From positions 244,467 through 308,466 of the forward strand of contig CAWFDF010000012.1 in assembly GCA_963814585.1 (NCBI GenBank): a DNA stretch of 64,000 nt, read 5' to 3'. How positions within the stretch are numbered: the first letter of the stretch is position 1; the number at the start of each line of letters is the position of its first letter. Below are positions 62,406 to 64,000 of this stretch, in pieces. This DNA comes from an uncultured delta proteobacterium (GTDB lineage: Bacteria > Myxococcota > Myxococcia > Myxococcales > Anaeromyxobacteraceae). Both the position numbers and the translations under genes were made by a program. Below the pieces are notes generated by a model that did not search any database, was not told the DNA's origin, and saw only the letters and a program-made list of their open reading frames with translations.

Positions 62406-63770
62406 ATGGGAAACGTTTCGAAGCGGCCGAAGCCCAGGCTCGAGCCGGAGTACTGCAAGGGCTGCAACCGCTGCGTGGAGTCCTGCGCCCACGGCTTCAT
62501 CGTGCCGGGACAGGAGGTCAACCCGCTGACCGGGCTGCTGCCGGTCTCGCTCCACCTCGACGAGTGCAACGGCTGCGGGGTCTGCATCGACGCCTGCCCC
62601 GAGCCGTACGGCCTGCGGCTCCCGGAGGACGGTCCGGCCCGGCCGAGGCCACGGCCGGAGGACGTGCCCGCCGTGCGCCTGCCGCTCCCCGGGGGCCGGC
62701 CGCTCATCGTGAAGGGGGCCCACGCCTCCGCCATCGGCGCTCTGCTGGCCGGCTGCCGCCACTTCTTCGGCTACCCCATCACCCCGTCCACCGAGGGGGC
62801 GGAGCTGATGGCGCGGCTGCTGCCCCGGCTCGACGGCCACTTCGTGCAGGCGGTGAGCGAGGTGGCGGCGATCAACATGATGTACGGCTGCGGCGGCGCC
62901 GGCCTCCCCTGCATGACCTTCACCTCCTCGCCCGGGTTCAGCCTGATGCTGGAGGGGCTGAGCTACATGATCGGCGCCGAGGTGCCGGGGGTGATCGTCA
63001 ACGTGATGCGCGGCGGCCCGGGGCTGGGCGGCCTGGGGCCCGAGCAGTCGGACCTCAAGCTGATGTGCCGCGGCCTCGGCCACGGCGGGACGCAGGCCAT
63101 CGTGCTGGCGCCGGCCACCCCCCAGGAGATGCTCGACTTCACGCAGCTGGCCTTCGAGCTGGCCTTCGCCTACCGCAACCCGGTGGTGATCGCGGCCGAT
63201 GGCTACCTCGGGCAGATGACCGGCAAGGTGGCGCTGCCGGCGGCCGCGGTGAAGCCAGGGCTCCCGGCCTGGGCGGTCTCCGGCGACGCCGCCCACCGCG
63301 GCAACCTCACCAACTCCTTCCACCTCGCCGAGGCCGACCTCGAGACCCACAACCGTCACCTCCAGGCCAAGTACCTGGAGATGACCAGGGCCGAGCAGCG
63401 CGCCGAGCTCTACCGCTGCGAGGGCGCCGAGGTGCTGCTGGTGGCCTGCAACACGCCGGGGCGCATGGCCAAGGGGGCGGTGCGGGCGCTGCGCGAGGAG
63501 GGGATCGCCGCCGGCCTCTTCCGGCCGCAGACGCTCTGGCCCTTCCCCATCCAGGCGCTCCTGCCGCTCCTCGAGAGGGCCCGGCAGATCGTGGTGGTGG
63601 AGGCGAGCGCCGGGCAGCTGGAGGACGAGCTCCGGCTGGCGCTCTCCCACGCCGGCGCCGGGAACGGGGTCGAGCTCAGGAACGTCCGGCGCCTGGGCGG
63701 GGTGCTCCCCTCGCAGCGCGAGATCGTCGACGGCGTGCGCGCTGCGGTGAGGCGGAGGGCGACGGCGTGA
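62406..63770 (+). CDS. korA: 2-oxoacid:ferredoxin oxidoreductase alpha subunit with fused N-terminal 2x[4Fe-4S] ferredoxin (delta) domain
   Basis: CKGCNRCVESC and CNGCGVCIDACP motifs. The KorA core follows (KGAHASAIGALLAGCRHFFGYPITPSTE...VSEVAAINMMYG). Confidence 0.88.
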   Translation: MGNVSKRPKPRLEPEYCKGCNRCVESCAHGFIVPGQEVNPLTGLLPVSLHLDECNGCGVCIDACPEPYGLRLPEDGPARPRPRPEDVPAVRLPLPGGRPLIVKGAHASAIGALLAGCRHFFGYPITPSTEGAELMARLLPRLDGHFVQAVSEVAAINMMYGCGGAGLPCMTFTSSPGFSLMLEGLSYMIGAEVPGVIVNVMRGGPGLGGLGPEQSDLKLMCRGLGHGGTQAIVLAPATPQEMLDFTQLAFELAFAYRNPVVIAADGYLGQMTGKVALPAAAVKPGLPAWAVSGDAAHRGNLTNSFHLAEADLETHNRHLQAKYLEMTRAEQRAELYRCEGAEVLLVACNTPGRMAKGAVRALREEGIAAGLFRPQTLWPFPIQALLPLLERARQIVVVEASAGQLEDELRLALSHAGAGNGVELRNVRRLGGVLPSQREIVDGVRAAVRRRATA

Positions 63771-64000
63771 GCACCTTCTACGAGCGGTTCGAGCGGCACG
63801 ACCACGCCTCCGGCCTGAAGGCCAGGACCACCCACTACTGCCCGGGCTGCGGCCACGGGCTGATCCACAAGATGATCGCCGACGGCATCGAGGCGCTGGG
63901 GCTGCAGGACCGCACCGTGGCGATCTCGCCGGTCGGCTGCGCCGTCTTCCTCCACTACTACCTCGACGTCGGCAACAGCCAGGCCCCCCACGGCCGGGCC
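63767..64000 (+). CDS. korB: 2-oxoacid:ferredoxin oxidoreductase beta subunit (TPP-binding), N-terminal fragment
   Basis: GTG overlapping the korA stop (GTGA). VSTFYERFERHDHASGLKARTTHYCPGCGHGLIHKMIADGIEALG... is typical of KorB. It runs off the window. Confidence 0.85.
   Translation, partial: MSTFYERFERHDHASGLKARTTHYCPGCGHGLIHKMIADGIEALGLQDRTVAISPVGCAVFLHYYLDVGNSQAPHGRA

Overview
This is a very GC-rich (roughly 73-75 %) chromosomal segment. Its gene content and style resemble an Anaeromyxobacter-like member of the Myxococcota; that attribution is an inference, not a database hit. I can support about 57 protein-coding genes. I saw no rRNA, tRNA, CRISPR array, transposase, integrase or prophage signature. 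Most long ORFs in the supplied track are off-frame or antisense artefacts of high-GC DNA (Arg/Pro/Gly/Ala-rich translations) that overlap genes with clear family signatures.

The window is dominated by respiration and redox metabolism:
- a Hyb-type membrane [NiFe] hydrogenase (small subunit, FeS subunit, NrfD-like subunit, large subunit)
- glutamate synthase gltBD
- system II cytochrome c biogenesis (ResB/CcsA)
- one long minus-strand cluster joining alternative complex III (actABCDEF), a small unknown membrane protein, Sco and a caa3-type cytochrome oxidase
- a type-B succinate:quinone oxidoreductase (sdhCAB)
- the start of a 2-oxoacid:ferredoxin oxidoreductase

The parts most worth a second look:
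1. A translationally coupled four-gene module: ECF sigma, ZAS anti-sigma with a DUF4384-like periplasmic domain, a secreted caspase-like protease, and a Cys-rich RCC1-repeat lipoprotein.
2. A five-gene envelope operon: OMP beta-barrel, CsgG-like, PEGA-like, DUF4810 and DUF799.
3. An uncharacterised redox cluster: DHOD-like protein, rubredoxin-less rubrerythrin, HdrD-like CCG Fe-S protein and DUF3501.
4. A 473-nt intergenic region with a 30/31-identical direct repeat flanking a 16-bp hairpin.
5. An NtrC-like regulator with a degenerate GAFTGA loop (GAFEEA) and a degenerate Walker B motif.
6. A 1-nt frameshift in an OFA-type MFS transporter.

All family assignments come from reading motifs in the translations. 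No searches were run.
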